Source: an uncultured Staphylococcaceae bacterium
GTDB lineage: Bacteria > Bacillota_I > Bacilli_A > RFN20 > CAG-826
Length of the DNA stretch: 64,000 bases
Direction of reading: 5' to 3'
Assembly: GCA_964392865.1 (NCBI GenBank)
Contig: CAYMRJ010000001.1
Coordinates: 7,037 to 71,036, forward strand
Numbering within the stretch: the stretch's first letter is position 1; each line of letters begins with the position of its first letter. The position numbers and the translations under genes were made by a program. A model generated the notes under the pieces. The model was given only the letters and a program-made list of their open reading frames with translations. It did not search any database and was not told the origin of the DNA. Below are positions 33,604 to 43,048 of the stretch, one piece after another.

Positions 33604-34470
33604 ATGAGTACATCCATTGCATTCGGGGTTTCCCGCGCCGGGATTCCGGTCAGGGAGAGGGTCGCCGAAATAGACTTCCTAAGGGGCTTCGCCATCTTTT
33701 TGATGATCTTCGACCACTTGGCCTACGACTTCACCCAGTGGGGAAGCGTCATGACTATGCTCGGGGACATGACCCTCGAAGCGAATAGAAGCGTCCTTTC
33801 CTCGATCCAAATATGGATTGACCTGGGCGAATACGTCCTCAATTCCGATTGGCGGACCTATCTCCACTGCATCTTCGTCGGGGTCTTCTTCCTGCTTTCC
33901 GGGATTTCCGCGACCTTCAGCAAGAAACATTGGGAAAGGACCGGATGGCTCTTCGCGATCGGCTATGGCCTTAGCACCATCTTGGCGGCCTATTCCTCCT
34001 ATTCGGGAGATGTCTCCTACAACATCTTCTGCGGACTTCTCAACACCATGGCCATCGCCCACTTGGTCTACGCCGTCAAAACGCAATTCCTGAAAGATAA
34101 ATGGAGCGATCTCTATTTCTTCGGGATATTCCTGGTTTTGACTATCGCCTTCACTTCGGCCAATCCGAGTTACCCGGGAAGGACCCTCGGCGATTGGTAT
34201 TCGAATTACTGGAAGATAATTTCCGGACAGATGGCGGGAGGCCTCGATTACATCAGGCCCCTTCCCTGCACCGCCATCTTGTTTTTAGGCTCCTTCATCG
34301 GAAAGACCCTCTACAAAAACAAAAAGTCCTATATCCCCCAGCTCAAATACGCCCAGCCCTTCGTCTTCTTCGGCCAGCATAGCTTCGCCGTCTACGTCAT
34401 CCATCAATTCGTCTTGGTCGCCATCTTGGCCATCTGTACCTTATCATTGGGATTCGTAATAGAAATATGA
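33604..34470 (+). CDS. DUF1624 / heparan-alpha-glucosaminide N-acetyltransferase-like membrane protein
   Basis: N-terminal RVAEIDFLRGFAIFLMIFDH signature and multiple TM segments. Confidence 0.75.
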   Translation: MSTSIAFGVSRAGIPVRERVAEIDFLRGFAIFLMIFDHLAYDFTQWGSVMTMLGDMTLEANRSVLSSIQIWIDLGEYVLNSDWRTYLHCIFVGVFFLLSGISATFSKKHWERTGWLFAIGYGLSTILAAYSSYSGDVSYNIFCGLLNTMAIAHLVYAVKTQFLKDKWSDLYFFGIFLVLTIAFTSANPSYPGRTLGDWYSNYWKIISGQMAGGLDYIRPLPCTAILFLGSFIGKTLYKNKKSYIPQLKYAQPFVFFGQHSFAVYVIHQFVLVAILAICTLSLGFVIEI

Positions 34471-36065
34471 AAACTCTTTACGAACTCTTCCTCGAGGCCA
34501 AAGGCAAATACCCGAAGGTCACCGCGGTCCGCTACGAGACCAAGACTTTGACCTACCTGGAACTCGACGAAGAAATCAAAAAGGTCGCCGGGAAACTCAA
34601 GGCCCTCGGGGTCAAAAAGGGCGATCTCGTTGCCTACAACCTCCCGAACTGCATCCCCTCCGTGACTTTGCTATATGCCTTAAACGCCATCGGGGCGATT
34701 GCATACCTGATCCATCCTTTGACTCCGGCCAAGCAGCTTTCTTCTTTTCTAAAGAAAACCAATTGCCGGCTTCTTTTTGCTCTTAGCATCAATGCCAAGG
34801 AATACGCAGCCGAAATCGCCGATGACGTAACCATCGTCGCGGTCAATCTCTATAAGGGTGCCCGGCCCATCAAGGCAATCGCTGTCTCCTTGATGTCGAG
34901 GGGCTTGCCGGATCGAGTCATTCGCTTCGAAAAGATCAAACCCCAACCAGTCGAGGTTCCGGTTTCCTATGCGAACCACGCCCCCTGCGTCTACCTCAAC
35001 TCCGGCGGCACCAACGGCGAGCCGAAGGTCATCATGCTTTCGAACGAAGCCATCGGCTACCTAGGGGTTGAAGGGTTGGCTGTCATCGGAAGCGACTATC
35101 CTCCCGAAATCAAAATGCTGACCGTCATCCCCCTCTTCCACGGATTCGGATTGGCCATGGGTGTCGTAGCGCCTCTCACCAATGGGGCCACGACGGTTTT
35201 GATGACAAAATTCCACACCAAGGAAACTTGCCATCTTCTTAAAAATAATCTCGCAAATACAGTTATCGGTGTTCCTGCGCTTTACAACGCATTGCTCCAC
35301 TCCCCCAAGTTCGTGGGCAAAGCTTGCCGGAACCTCCTCGTTTGCTACGTTGGCGGGGATTCCGTAACCGAGTCCTTGCTTGATCGTTTCGATGCCCATA
35401 TCGCCTCGGAGGGCGGTACCTGCCACTTATTCGAAGGCTACGGGCTGACGGAAACGGTTACCGTGTCCAACGTTAATCGCCCCGGCTTCGTCAAACGGGG
35501 ATCCGTCGGAAAACCCCTCAATGGCATCAAAGAGAAAATCATCGATGTGGATACGGGCGAAGTCCTGCCTGCGGGCAAGGAAGGTGAAATTGCCATCGGC
35601 GGACCTTCCCTGATGGAGGGCTATTACGAAGATCCCGAACTCACGAAAAAGACCATCAAGACCATTGATGGGGAACCTTATGTTTTAACTAAAGACATGG
35701 GGTACATTGACGATGATGGCTTCCTTTTCTTCCGCCAAAGGTTAAGACGGATGGCTAAAGTGAACGGCGTTCCGGTCTGCCCTGGAGACATCGAAAAACT
35801 AGCCATCCAAGACAAGGCCGTTTACGAGTGCTATGCCTACCCGATCAAAAACGAAAAACTCGGTTCGGTTTTGGAAGTGGCCTTGGTGAAGCATCGCGAG
35901 TCGGATGATTCCGAGGAAGAAATCATCAATCGCCTAACCTCTTCCATAAAAGAGAATCTGCCTGTCTACTACCTTCCGAAGCGCATCTATTTCATCGAGA
36001 AGCTTCCCCGGACCCCGGTCGGCAAGATCGATACGACCAAGTTCCCGAATGAGCAGCCCCTTTAG
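34467..36065 (+). CDS. AMP-binding (adenylate-forming) acyl-CoA ligase family enzyme
   Basis: ATGA overlap with the DUF1624 stop. Motifs NSGGTNGEPKV, EGYGLTET, GEIAIGGPSLMEGYY, and KDMGYIDDDGFLFFRQRLRRMAKVNG. Confidence 0.85.
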   Translation: MKTLYELFLEAKGKYPKVTAVRYETKTLTYLELDEEIKKVAGKLKALGVKKGDLVAYNLPNCIPSVTLLYALNAIGAIAYLIHPLTPAKQLSSFLKKTNCRLLFALSINAKEYAAEIADDVTIVAVNLYKGARPIKAIAVSLMSRGLPDRVIRFEKIKPQPVEVPVSYANHAPCVYLNSGGTNGEPKVIMLSNEAIGYLGVEGLAVIGSDYPPEIKMLTVIPLFHGFGLAMGVVAPLTNGATTVLMTKFHTKETCHLLKNNLANTVIGVPALYNALLHSPKFVGKACRNLLVCYVGGDSVTESLLDRFDAHIASEGGTCHLFEGYGLTETVTVSNVNRPGFVKRGSVGKPLNGIKEKIIDVDTGEVLPAGKEGEIAIGGPSLMEGYYEDPELTKKTIKTIDGEPYVLTKDMGYIDDDGFLFFRQRLRRMAKVNGVPVCPGDIEKLAIQDKAVYECYAYPIKNEKLGSVLEVALVKHRESDDSEEEIINRLTSSIKENLPVYYLPKRIYFIEKLPRTPVGKIDTTKFPNEQPL

Positions 36066-36146
36066 TGTGCTAGACTTTTAAGGCCGTCCGACCTGATGGT
36101 CGGGCCCGACAATGATCAAAAGGCCGTATGGCCTTGCTTTGCATAA

Positions 36147-37727
36147 ATGGACATCGCTCTATCCCGGAAATACATAGAAAGCCTTTGCCTTATCGAAGGC
36201 GGCTGGCCCTCGAAGAAAAGGGCTTTGTTCGATGCCTATAAGGTTTTGCTCATGCTTCCGGGCTATGACGCGAAAACCCGCGAGCTTTCAGGCGGGTATG
36301 TACTTTACGAAACTCCCGGCGGCTACTCGCTTTTGGCATACAGCCATCCCGAGAAGAGAATCATCCTCGACATCATCAAAGATGAAGACCTGCCAGATAT
36401 CGAAGCGTACAAAGACGCCGCGATGGCTGCCAATGGTGCAATCCGGGACCTCATCGCCGACTTCCTTCCGAAGAGGCGGGACAAACTGCTCTCCGACCTA
36501 ATCACCTCTTCCTTTTCCCCTTCTTTCTGTATGCTGCTCGACCAGCTGGAACAAGAGACGAGGGACAAGATCCGCGGCATTGCCTTCAAGCCTTTCTTCG
36601 AGGACCGAACAATCGAAAAGGCCAAGGACGAAAACAAGCACATCGTCTCGCAGGTTTTCGCCAGACTCGGAATCCAGCAAAAGGAAGATGCTTTGGCTAG
36701 GGCGCTAGCCAAACTCGAAGAGGACGAGGAAGTCGAAATCGACATCGATGTCGAGGAAACGGCCCCAGCCGAGCTGGAACCTGAGGCAAAAGCGGAACCT
36801 GAGACCGAAGCCCCTGCTCCCGTTGAAGAAACGAAACCCGAGCCTGAAATAGAGGCCAAACCTCGAGAAAAAGAGCCTTACGTCCGCTTGGTCCAATCCA
36901 AAACCAAGGAATTTGAGCCCGTCTTCGAAATCCCGGTCAAACAGAAGACTGAGGAAAAGAAGCCGGTATCGAAGCCTGAGCCGAGCCCTGCTCCCACCGA
37001 ACCCCAGAAGAGGCGGAAAGTCCGGACCATCCGCGTTGATCCGGCCGACCTCGAAAGGGCCATCCTCGCCAGCCTTGCCGAGAACTACCGGCAGCTCATC
37101 GAAAAGCGCAAGGAAACCGCTAAGACGAATAAGCCCCTGAAACATGTCACTTTGGCTGCCCGAGAAGACGTAATAGCCAACAACGACATCGACGAGATCC
37201 TCAAGATCCTCGATCGGAGGATCAGGAAGAACGGCCTCAAATCCTCCGGAGAGCGCTGGCTAATTCTTTTGGCCACGACCGTCGACGAAAGGACGGCCGA
37301 TATCATCGATAGGCATTACCCGGGCAAGGTCTATTACACGGATGAACCAGAAAAGGGCAAACCGGACTTCGCCTTCATCGTGAAGCCGAACAAGAATCCG
37401 GAAGCCGAAAAGGAGGAAGAAATCAGCCTTGTCAAAGACAAGCGCGCTTCATTCGATGCCCCGGTAGAAAAGAATGCCTACGACCAGGATTTCGTTGACG
37501 AATTCGGCTACTATCCCTTCGACGAAGAAGAGGAAATCCAAGAGGAAGAAGATTTCGAGAGTAATCCCAACCTCCCATATGAGGAAGAGGAACCCGCTTA
37601 TCCCAAGATCTGGCGCTGCTACCTCTGCGGAAACAAAAAGACCCACACCGGAACCCCGGCGAAGGTCATCAAACTATCCAATGGCAAGACGGCCTACGTC
37701 TGCCAGAAGCACAAGAACAAGATCTAA
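36147..37727 (+). CDS. Hypothetical 526-aa protein with Pro/Glu/Lys-rich linker and C-terminal Zn-ribbon
   Basis: ORF track. Low-complexity segment PAELEPEAKAEPETEAPAPVEETKPEPEIEAKPREKEP. C-terminus WRCYLCGN...YVCQKHKNKI. Confidence 0.7.
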   Translation: MDIALSRKYIESLCLIEGGWPSKKRALFDAYKVLLMLPGYDAKTRELSGGYVLYETPGGYSLLAYSHPEKRIILDIIKDEDLPDIEAYKDAAMAANGAIRDLIADFLPKRRDKLLSDLITSSFSPSFCMLLDQLEQETRDKIRGIAFKPFFEDRTIEKAKDENKHIVSQVFARLGIQQKEDALARALAKLEEDEEVEIDIDVEETAPAELEPEAKAEPETEAPAPVEETKPEPEIEAKPREKEPYVRLVQSKTKEFEPVFEIPVKQKTEEKKPVSKPEPSPAPTEPQKRRKVRTIRVDPADLERAILASLAENYRQLIEKRKETAKTNKPLKHVTLAAREDVIANNDIDEILKILDRRIRKNGLKSSGERWLILLATTVDERTADIIDRHYPGKVYYTDEPEKGKPDFAFIVKPNKNPEAEKEEEISLVKDKRASFDAPVEKNAYDQDFVDEFGYYPFDEEEEIQEEEDFESNPNLPYEEEEPAYPKIWRCYLCGNKKTHTGTPAKVIKLSNGKTAYVCQKHKNKI

Positions 37728-38437
37728 ATGACCTTCCGGGGATCGAACCCCTCGAAGGTATACATATCGGTAAGGCCGATCTTTTCCTTGAGCAAGGCCT
37801 CGTCCCGATAGGTCCAAGAATTGACGAGGCCGCCTTTTTCCCGGTATTTCAAAACCCTCGGGTCATCGAGGAGCGATGTCTCCAAATCAAGGCTTTCGAA
37901 GCGGTTGATGAGGCGCATGAATCCGGGACGGTCCTTGGTCACGAGGAAGCTCCTCGGGAACCTTCCTTTCCCGAAGGCCCAAAGGACCCGCGGATCGAAG
38001 GAAATGATCATCGCCTCGCTATAGGGGATGGACCTTTCGATAAGGGCCTCATATACCAAAGAGGCCAGTTTCTTGTAGCGCTTCCCGGTCTTCAGTTCGA
38101 TGACCATCGGGACCTTGAGGGCGAAATTGAGAAGCAATACTTCCTGAAGGGTCGGGATGGTCTCGCCGTTGGGAAGCCGGAGCTTCTCGATATCTTCATA
38201 AAGGCAATCTTCGACGACGCCATCGACTCCGGTCATACGGTACAAATCCCCATCGTGGATGACGACGAGTTTATCGTCCTTCGTCAGATGGACGTCCAAC
38301 TCGAAGGCAAAGCCTTCCTCGATGGCCTTTCCGAAGGCCGGAAGGGAGTTTTCGCTTATAAGCGGTCCGTGGAGTCCCCGATGGGCGATGCCCCGGAAGA
38401 ACTTCGGATCGAGATCTTCCTTTTTGACTTTCTGCAT
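37724..38437 (-). CDS. Glycerophosphodiester phosphodiesterase
   Basis: IAHRGLHG...ENSLPAF...ELDVHLTKDDKLVVIHD motifs of the GDPD family. Confidence 0.85.
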   Translation of the reverse strand: MQKVKKEDLDPKFFRGIAHRGLHGPLISENSLPAFGKAIEEGFAFELDVHLTKDDKLVVIHDGDLYRMTGVDGVVEDCLYEDIEKLRLPNGETIPTLQEVLLLNFALKVPMVIELKTGKRYKKLASLVYEALIERSIPYSEAMIISFDPRVLWAFGKGRFPRSFLVTKDRPGFMRLINRFESLDLETSLLDDPRVLKYREKGGLVNSWTYRDEALLKEKIGLTDMYTFEGFDPRKVI

Positions 38438-38457
38438 CGTTTGAAGGATATCACCTT

Positions 38458-38481
38458 TTAGAAAAGCCCGCCGAAGCGGGC
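38458..38481 (-). terminator. Intrinsic terminator after adhE
   Basis: GCCCGC-ttcg-GCGGGC followed by TTTTCTAA on the minus strand. Confidence 0.65.
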
Positions 38482-38486
38482 CTCCC

Positions 38487-41105
38487 TTAGTTGCCTTTAT
38501 AGGCTTTCTTCATGATGTCGATGAGGTCGGTGATCAGGGGCTCCCGCGGATTGGCCGGCGTGCACTGGTCTTCGTAGGCGAGGTAGGCCATTTCTTCCAG
38601 TTTGCTCTCCCAAGCCTTCTCGTCCGGGATGATGGATTGCAGATTCATATCGACCCCGATTTCCTTACCGAGATCGAGGACGGCCTTGGCCAAGGATTCG
38701 ACGCCTTCTTCGGGGGTGCTGCAAGGTAGCCCGAGGACTTTGGCAATCGCCTGGTACTTGCGGTCGGCGCAGTATTCCTCGTACTTCGGCCATAGGGCGA
38801 GCTTGGTCGGCATCGTCCCGTTATAGCGGATGACATGGGGGAGCAAGATCCCGCAGGTCCTCCCATGGACCGTATGGAATCCGGCCCCGATCTTATGGGC
38901 AAGGCTATGGGTGATGCCGAGGAAGGCATTGGCGAAGGCCATCCCGGCGATCGTCGCGGCATTGTGCATCTTTTCCCGGGCCTTCAGGTCATTCGCCCCA
39001 TTCTTCACAGCACGGGGCAAATATTCGAAGACCATGCTAATAGCTTGGAGGGCCAAGCCGTCCGTATAGTCGCTGGCCATGACGGAGACATAGGACTCGA
39101 TGGCGTGGGTCAGGACATCCAAACCGGTTTCCGCCGTCGACTTGGCCGGAAGGTTGGTCGTGAATTCCGGATCGACGATGGCGATGGTCGGGGTCAAGGA
39201 GTAATCGGTCAGCGGGTATTTCTTGCTATTGGCCTTGTCGCTGATGACGGCGAAGGGCGTGACTTCGCTCCCGGTTCCCGAGGTCGTCGGGATGCAGATG
39301 AGCTTCGATTTCCGGCCGAGTTCCGGGTACTTGAAGGCCCTTTTCCTGATATCGATGAACTTCTGCTTCAGGTCATCGAAATTGACTTCGGGGTGCTCAT
39401 AGAAGATCCACATGCCTTTGGCGGCGTCCATGACCGAGCCCCCGCCCAAGGCGATGATGGTATCGGGCTGGAACTGCTGCATGAGGGAGACCCCGCGCTT
39501 GACGGTCGTGATATCGGGATCGGGTTCGACTTCGCTGAAAAGCTGATAGGTAACGGGATTTAGCCTCTGGTCCAAGATGCCGATGATCTTGTTCAGGAAT
39601 CCGAGTTCGACCATCGAGCGGTCGGTGACGATGAAGACCTTGCCGACTTCCTTGCAGGAGCGCAGGTACTGGATCGAATTGCGTTCGAAATAGATCTTCT
39701 GGGGGACTTTGAACCACTGCATGTTGTTTCTCCTTTTGCCGATCTGCTTGATGTTGAGCAGGTTGACGGCGCTGATATTGCCGGCCACTGAGTTATGGCC
39801 GTAGGATCCGCATCCCAGGGTGAGCGAGGGAAGGAAGGAATTGTAGACGTTGCCGATGCCGCCGAAGGTCGAGGGCGAATTCCAGACGATCCTGATGGCC
39901 TTGCAGTAATCGCCGTAGCGATCGGCCATCTCCTGGGCGGCGCAATGGATGGCGGCCGTATGTCCGAGTCCGCCGAATTCGAGCATCTTTTCGGACATGG
40001 CCATCCCTTCTTCGAAGTCCTTGACCTTATAGACGGCCAAAACCGGAGAGAGCTTTTCGCGGCTCATGGCCTCCTTGGGCCCGACTTCCTTGCATTCGAC
40101 GCAAATCAGGGACGTATCTTTCGGGATTTCGAAACCGGCATGCTTGGCGATCTCGTAGGATCCCATGCCGGCCACCTCGGAATTGAGCCTCGCGTTTTCG
40201 TAGCCTTCTTCGCCTTTGGTTAGGCCGAACATGTATTTCTCGAGGAGGGCCGTTTCCTTGGCGCTAGCGAAGTAGCAACGGAATTTCTTCAGCTGCTCGA
40301 CGGTATGCTCGTAGACCGTCTCATCGACGAAGATCGCCGATTCGGAAGCGCAGATCATGCCATTGTCGAAGGCTTTGGAAAGGACGACGTCATTGACGGC
40401 CCGGTCGACATCGGCCGAGCGGTCGATGTAGCAGGGGACGTTCCCGGCCCCGACGCCCAAGGCCGGCTTCCCGCAGCTATAGGCGGCCTTGACCATCGAA
40501 TTCCCGCCGGTGGCCAAAATGGTGGCGACCCCCGGATGCTTCATCAAAGCTGTCGTGGCATCCATGCTCGGATGCTCGATCCACTGGATGCAGTCTTCCG
40601 GGGCTCCGGCGGCGACTGCCGCTTCCTTCATGACGATGGCCGCGGCCTTCGAGCATTCTTGGGCCTTCGGATGGAAGGCAAAGACGATGGGGTTCCTCGT
40701 CTTCATGGAAATGAGGCACTTGAACATGACAGTCGAAGTCGGATTGGTCACCGGGGTGATGCCGCAGATGACGCCGACGGGCTCGGCGATCTTCGTGATC
40801 CCGGTCACGGGGTCGCTTTCGATGATGCCGACGGTCTTCAGGCGCCTCATGTTGTTCACGACGTACTCGCAGGCGAAGAGGTTCTTCGTCGCCTTGTCTT
40901 CGAAGACCCCGCGCTTGGTTTCGTCGATGGCCTTCTTGGCCAAAATGCCGTGGTGGTCAAGGCCGGCCACCGACATCTTGGCGACGATGTAGTCGATCTT
41001 TTCCTGGTCGAAGCTAGCAAACTCGTCTAGGGCCTTAAGGCCTTTCTTGACGAGGGCATCGACTTCCTCTTGGGCGGCCAACGCCGCCTTTTCCTTTTCG
41101 TCCAT
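38487..41105 (-). CDS. adhE: Bifunctional acetaldehyde-CoA/alcohol dehydrogenase
   Basis: 872 aa. N-terminal ALDH domain plus C-terminal Fe-ADH domain (GGGSVMDAAK). AAAGGAGG SD. Confidence 0.95.
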   Translation of the reverse strand: MDEKEKAALAAQEEVDALVKKGLKALDEFASFDQEKIDYIVAKMSVAGLDHHGILAKKAIDETKRGVFEDKATKNLFACEYVVNNMRRLKTVGIIESDPVTGITKIAEPVGVICGITPVTNPTSTVMFKCLISMKTRNPIVFAFHPKAQECSKAAAIVMKEAAVAAGAPEDCIQWIEHPSMDATTALMKHPGVATILATGGNSMVKAAYSCGKPALGVGAGNVPCYIDRSADVDRAVNDVVLSKAFDNGMICASESAIFVDETVYEHTVEQLKKFRCYFASAKETALLEKYMFGLTKGEEGYENARLNSEVAGMGSYEIAKHAGFEIPKDTSLICVECKEVGPKEAMSREKLSPVLAVYKVKDFEEGMAMSEKMLEFGGLGHTAAIHCAAQEMADRYGDYCKAIRIVWNSPSTFGGIGNVYNSFLPSLTLGCGSYGHNSVAGNISAVNLLNIKQIGKRRNNMQWFKVPQKIYFERNSIQYLRSCKEVGKVFIVTDRSMVELGFLNKIIGILDQRLNPVTYQLFSEVEPDPDITTVKRGVSLMQQFQPDTIIALGGGSVMDAAKGMWIFYEHPEVNFDDLKQKFIDIRKRAFKYPELGRKSKLICIPTTSGTGSEVTPFAVISDKANSKKYPLTDYSLTPTIAIVDPEFTTNLPAKSTAETGLDVLTHAIESYVSVMASDYTDGLALQAISMVFEYLPRAVKNGANDLKAREKMHNAATIAGMAFANAFLGITHSLAHKIGAGFHTVHGRTCGILLPHVIRYNGTMPTKLALWPKYEEYCADRKYQAIAKVLGLPCSTPEEGVESLAKAVLDLGKEIGVDMNLQSIIPDEKAWESKLEEMAYLAYEDQCTPANPREPLITDLIDIMKKAYKGN

Positions 41106-41117
41106 ACTTGCCTCCTT

Positions 41118-41744
41118 TTATCGGGCTACCTTCATGCGGTGGTTCAAGACCGCGAGCGAACTTGCGAGATTGACGTTTTCGACGCTTACCGGTTCAGGGA
41201 CGTAAAGGGGAACCGGAGCGAAATTCCAAATGCCTTTGATCCCGGCCTTTACGGCCAAGTCGGCGATTTCCTGGGCCGCCGCAGCCGGCACCGTCAGAAC
41301 CGCGATATCGGCCTTGACGTCCTTTTGGACCTCGATGAGGTCCTTGATGTCGTTGATATAGAAACCGCCAATCGAGGTACCGATCTTATTCGGGTCGCTA
41401 TCGAAAGCGGCCACGATGTCGAAATTGATCTTCTTGAAGCCTTGGTAATCAAGCAGGGCCTGGCCGAGCCGGCCGACACCGATGAGGACGGCCTTGAAGC
41501 GTCCCCGGTAGCCGAGGAAATCCTCGAGTTCGGAAATAAGCGCGGCGATTTTGCGCCCTTTTCCGGGAACCCCGCCTTCCGAAGTAACGGCGGCAATATC
41601 CTTTTTGACCTGCTCTTCCGAATTGCCGACGGCAAGCGAAAGCTCCTTCGAAGTTACATAGGCCTTCCCTTCATTTTCCATGGCCTGCAAGACCCGGAGA
41701 TATAAGGGGTAGCGCCTTATCTGATTGGGGCTATATTCCTTCAT
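41118..41744 (-). CDS. rex: Redox-sensing transcriptional repressor Rex
   Basis: Winged-helix N-domain (RRYPLYLRVL) and Rossmann GVGRLGQALL. Stop lies 12 nt before the adhE ATG. Confidence 0.9.
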   Translation of the reverse strand: MKEYSPNQIRRYPLYLRVLQAMENEGKAYVTSKELSLAVGNSEEQVKKDIAAVTSEGGVPGKGRKIAALISELEDFLGYRGRFKAVLIGVGRLGQALLDYQGFKKINFDIVAAFDSDPNKIGTSIGGFYINDIKDLIEVQKDVKADIAVLTVPAAAAQEIADLAVKAGIKGIWNFAPVPLYVPEPVSVENVNLASSLAVLNHRMKVAR

Positions 41745-41753
41745 CTTTCCGTC

Positions 41754-41805
41754 TCGGTAAACTTTTACCGAAGCGCAATATATACCCCTATTGCAGGGTA
41801 TGCAA
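41754..41805 (-). promoter_or_regulatory. rex promoter (TTGCAT-17-TATATT) with a downstream 8-2-8 palindrome TCGGTAAA-ag-TTTACCGA
   Basis: -35 at 41800-41805, -10 at 41777-41782, palindrome at 41754-41771. All read directly on the minus strand. Confidence 0.45.
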
Positions 41806-41834
41806 GAAATTCGGTAATTAAATCCCGAGATTAT

Positions 41835-41855
41835 CGAAAAAAGGCGATACCGCCT
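41835..41855 (-). terminator. Intrinsic terminator after the YitT-family gene
   Basis: AGGCG-gtat-CGCCT followed by TTTTTTCG on the minus strand. The stem overlaps the stop codon. Confidence 0.55.
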
Positions 41856-42894
41856 ACTTGACCGGCTTGATGAAGAAACGGCCGTAGACCTGCATCAAAG
41901 GCGAGACCTGGACGAAGGCTTTGGGGTCGGTTTCCTGGATGACGGCGACCGTATCCTTGACCTCGAAGGAAGTGACGACCATGGTGATGATCCACTTCTC
42001 CTGTCCCGTGAAGGCGCCTTTGCCGTCGATGATGGTGGCCCCGTGGGGCAAGGAATCGATCAAGACATCGGAAAGGTTCGGGACGCTGGTGACGACTTCG
42101 ACCTTGTACTTCTTGTTCCGGATGTTGATGGAATCGATAACCAATTTGGAAACGAAGATGTAGAGGGCCGTGAAGAACATCGAGGCCAGGCTTACGGTAA
42201 CCGAAGAGGCCTCCCAGCCGACCTCCGTCGCCGAAAGCAGGAAGAAGGCAATGGCCACGATGGCGTTTAGGCCCATCATGTACTTCCCCGTCGATGTCGA
42301 TTTCTTGAGTGCGATGTAATAACTGATGACGTCCAAGCCTCCGGTCGAGCTATCGGCCTTGAAGGCGATGGCGCTCGATAACCCGGTGCAGACGCCGGCG
42401 AAAAGAGCCCGGCAAAGCATCCCCCCGTTCCCGTTCATCGTTTCGACAAGGCCGGCCAAAAGGCTTTCGGAAGTCGAAGCGAGCTGGAATAGCGAAGTGA
42501 AGACCGAAACAAGGGCGACATTCAAAAGGGTATAGGCCGTGAACCTCTTCCCGATGCTCCTATAGGCCAAGACGATGACCGGGACGTTGCAGACGAAATA
42601 AAGGATCGAGAAGGCGAGGCTTTCGTTGACTTCGATGCTTGGGAATATGACTTCGAAAGCAAGGGTAAGGACTTGGCTAACGCCCGACATCCCGCCCGAG
42701 ACGATACGGGTCAAGGTCGTTCCGTCGGACAAGGTGACTTCGGGCGCCAGGAAGACGACGTAGCCGAAGGCGAAGAAAGCGGCTGACAAAATCGTCATCA
42801 TCAGGGTATAGCCATGGTCGCAGACGGCCGAGGCCGTCGGATGGCCGCGGAGCCAGTTCTCGGCCTTATCGCGGAACGACTTATGGCGGGTCAT
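41854..42894 (-). CDS. YitT family membrane protein (DUF2179 C-domain)
   Basis: Polytopic N-terminal part plus a soluble C-domain (VVTSVPNLSDV...ATIIDGKGAFTGQEKWII). Confidence 0.85.
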   Translation of the reverse strand: MTRHKSFRDKAENWLRGHPTASAVCDHGYTLMMTILSAAFFAFGYVVFLAPEVTLSDGTTLTRIVSGGMSGVSQVLTLAFEVIFPSIEVNESLAFSILYFVCNVPVIVLAYRSIGKRFTAYTLLNVALVSVFTSLFQLASTSESLLAGLVETMNGNGGMLCRALFAGVCTGLSSAIAFKADSSTGGLDVISYYIALKKSTSTGKYMMGLNAIVAIAFFLLSATEVGWEASSVTVSLASMFFTALYIFVSKLVIDSINIRNKKYKVEVVTSVPNLSDVLIDSLPHGATIIDGKGAFTGQEKWIITMVVTSFEVKDTVAVIQETDPKAFVQVSPLMQVYGRFFIKPVK

Positions 42895-43048
42895 AAAAGC
42901 GAGGCAATTATAGCAACTGCCCTAGGCCCATCAAGGGGCTATGATGGGCCCTCGAAAAGGCCTTCAATATCTCGTTGCCACCTATGGTGGCCGATGCTAT
43001 GATAACGGCGCTGTTTGCGAAAACAGGCTACTTTCCCGGAGAAATTCT

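Noticed and set aside
36700-36900. Repetitive GAA/CCT/GAG-rich DNA as a tandem repeat or CRISPR-like array.
   Set aside because: It is the in-frame Pro/Glu/Lys-rich linker of 36147..37727. The repeats are imperfect, codon-level, and lack spacer/repeat periodicity. No CRISPR-like array exists anywhere in the window.
41745-41853. A canonical Rex operator (TTGTGAA-N6-TTCACAA type) upstream of rex-adhE.
   Set aside because: Not present. Only TTGCA-N5-TGCAA overlapping the -35 and the TCGGTAAA-N2-TTTACCGA palindrome were seen. The palindrome is reported as a finding rather than called a Rex box.
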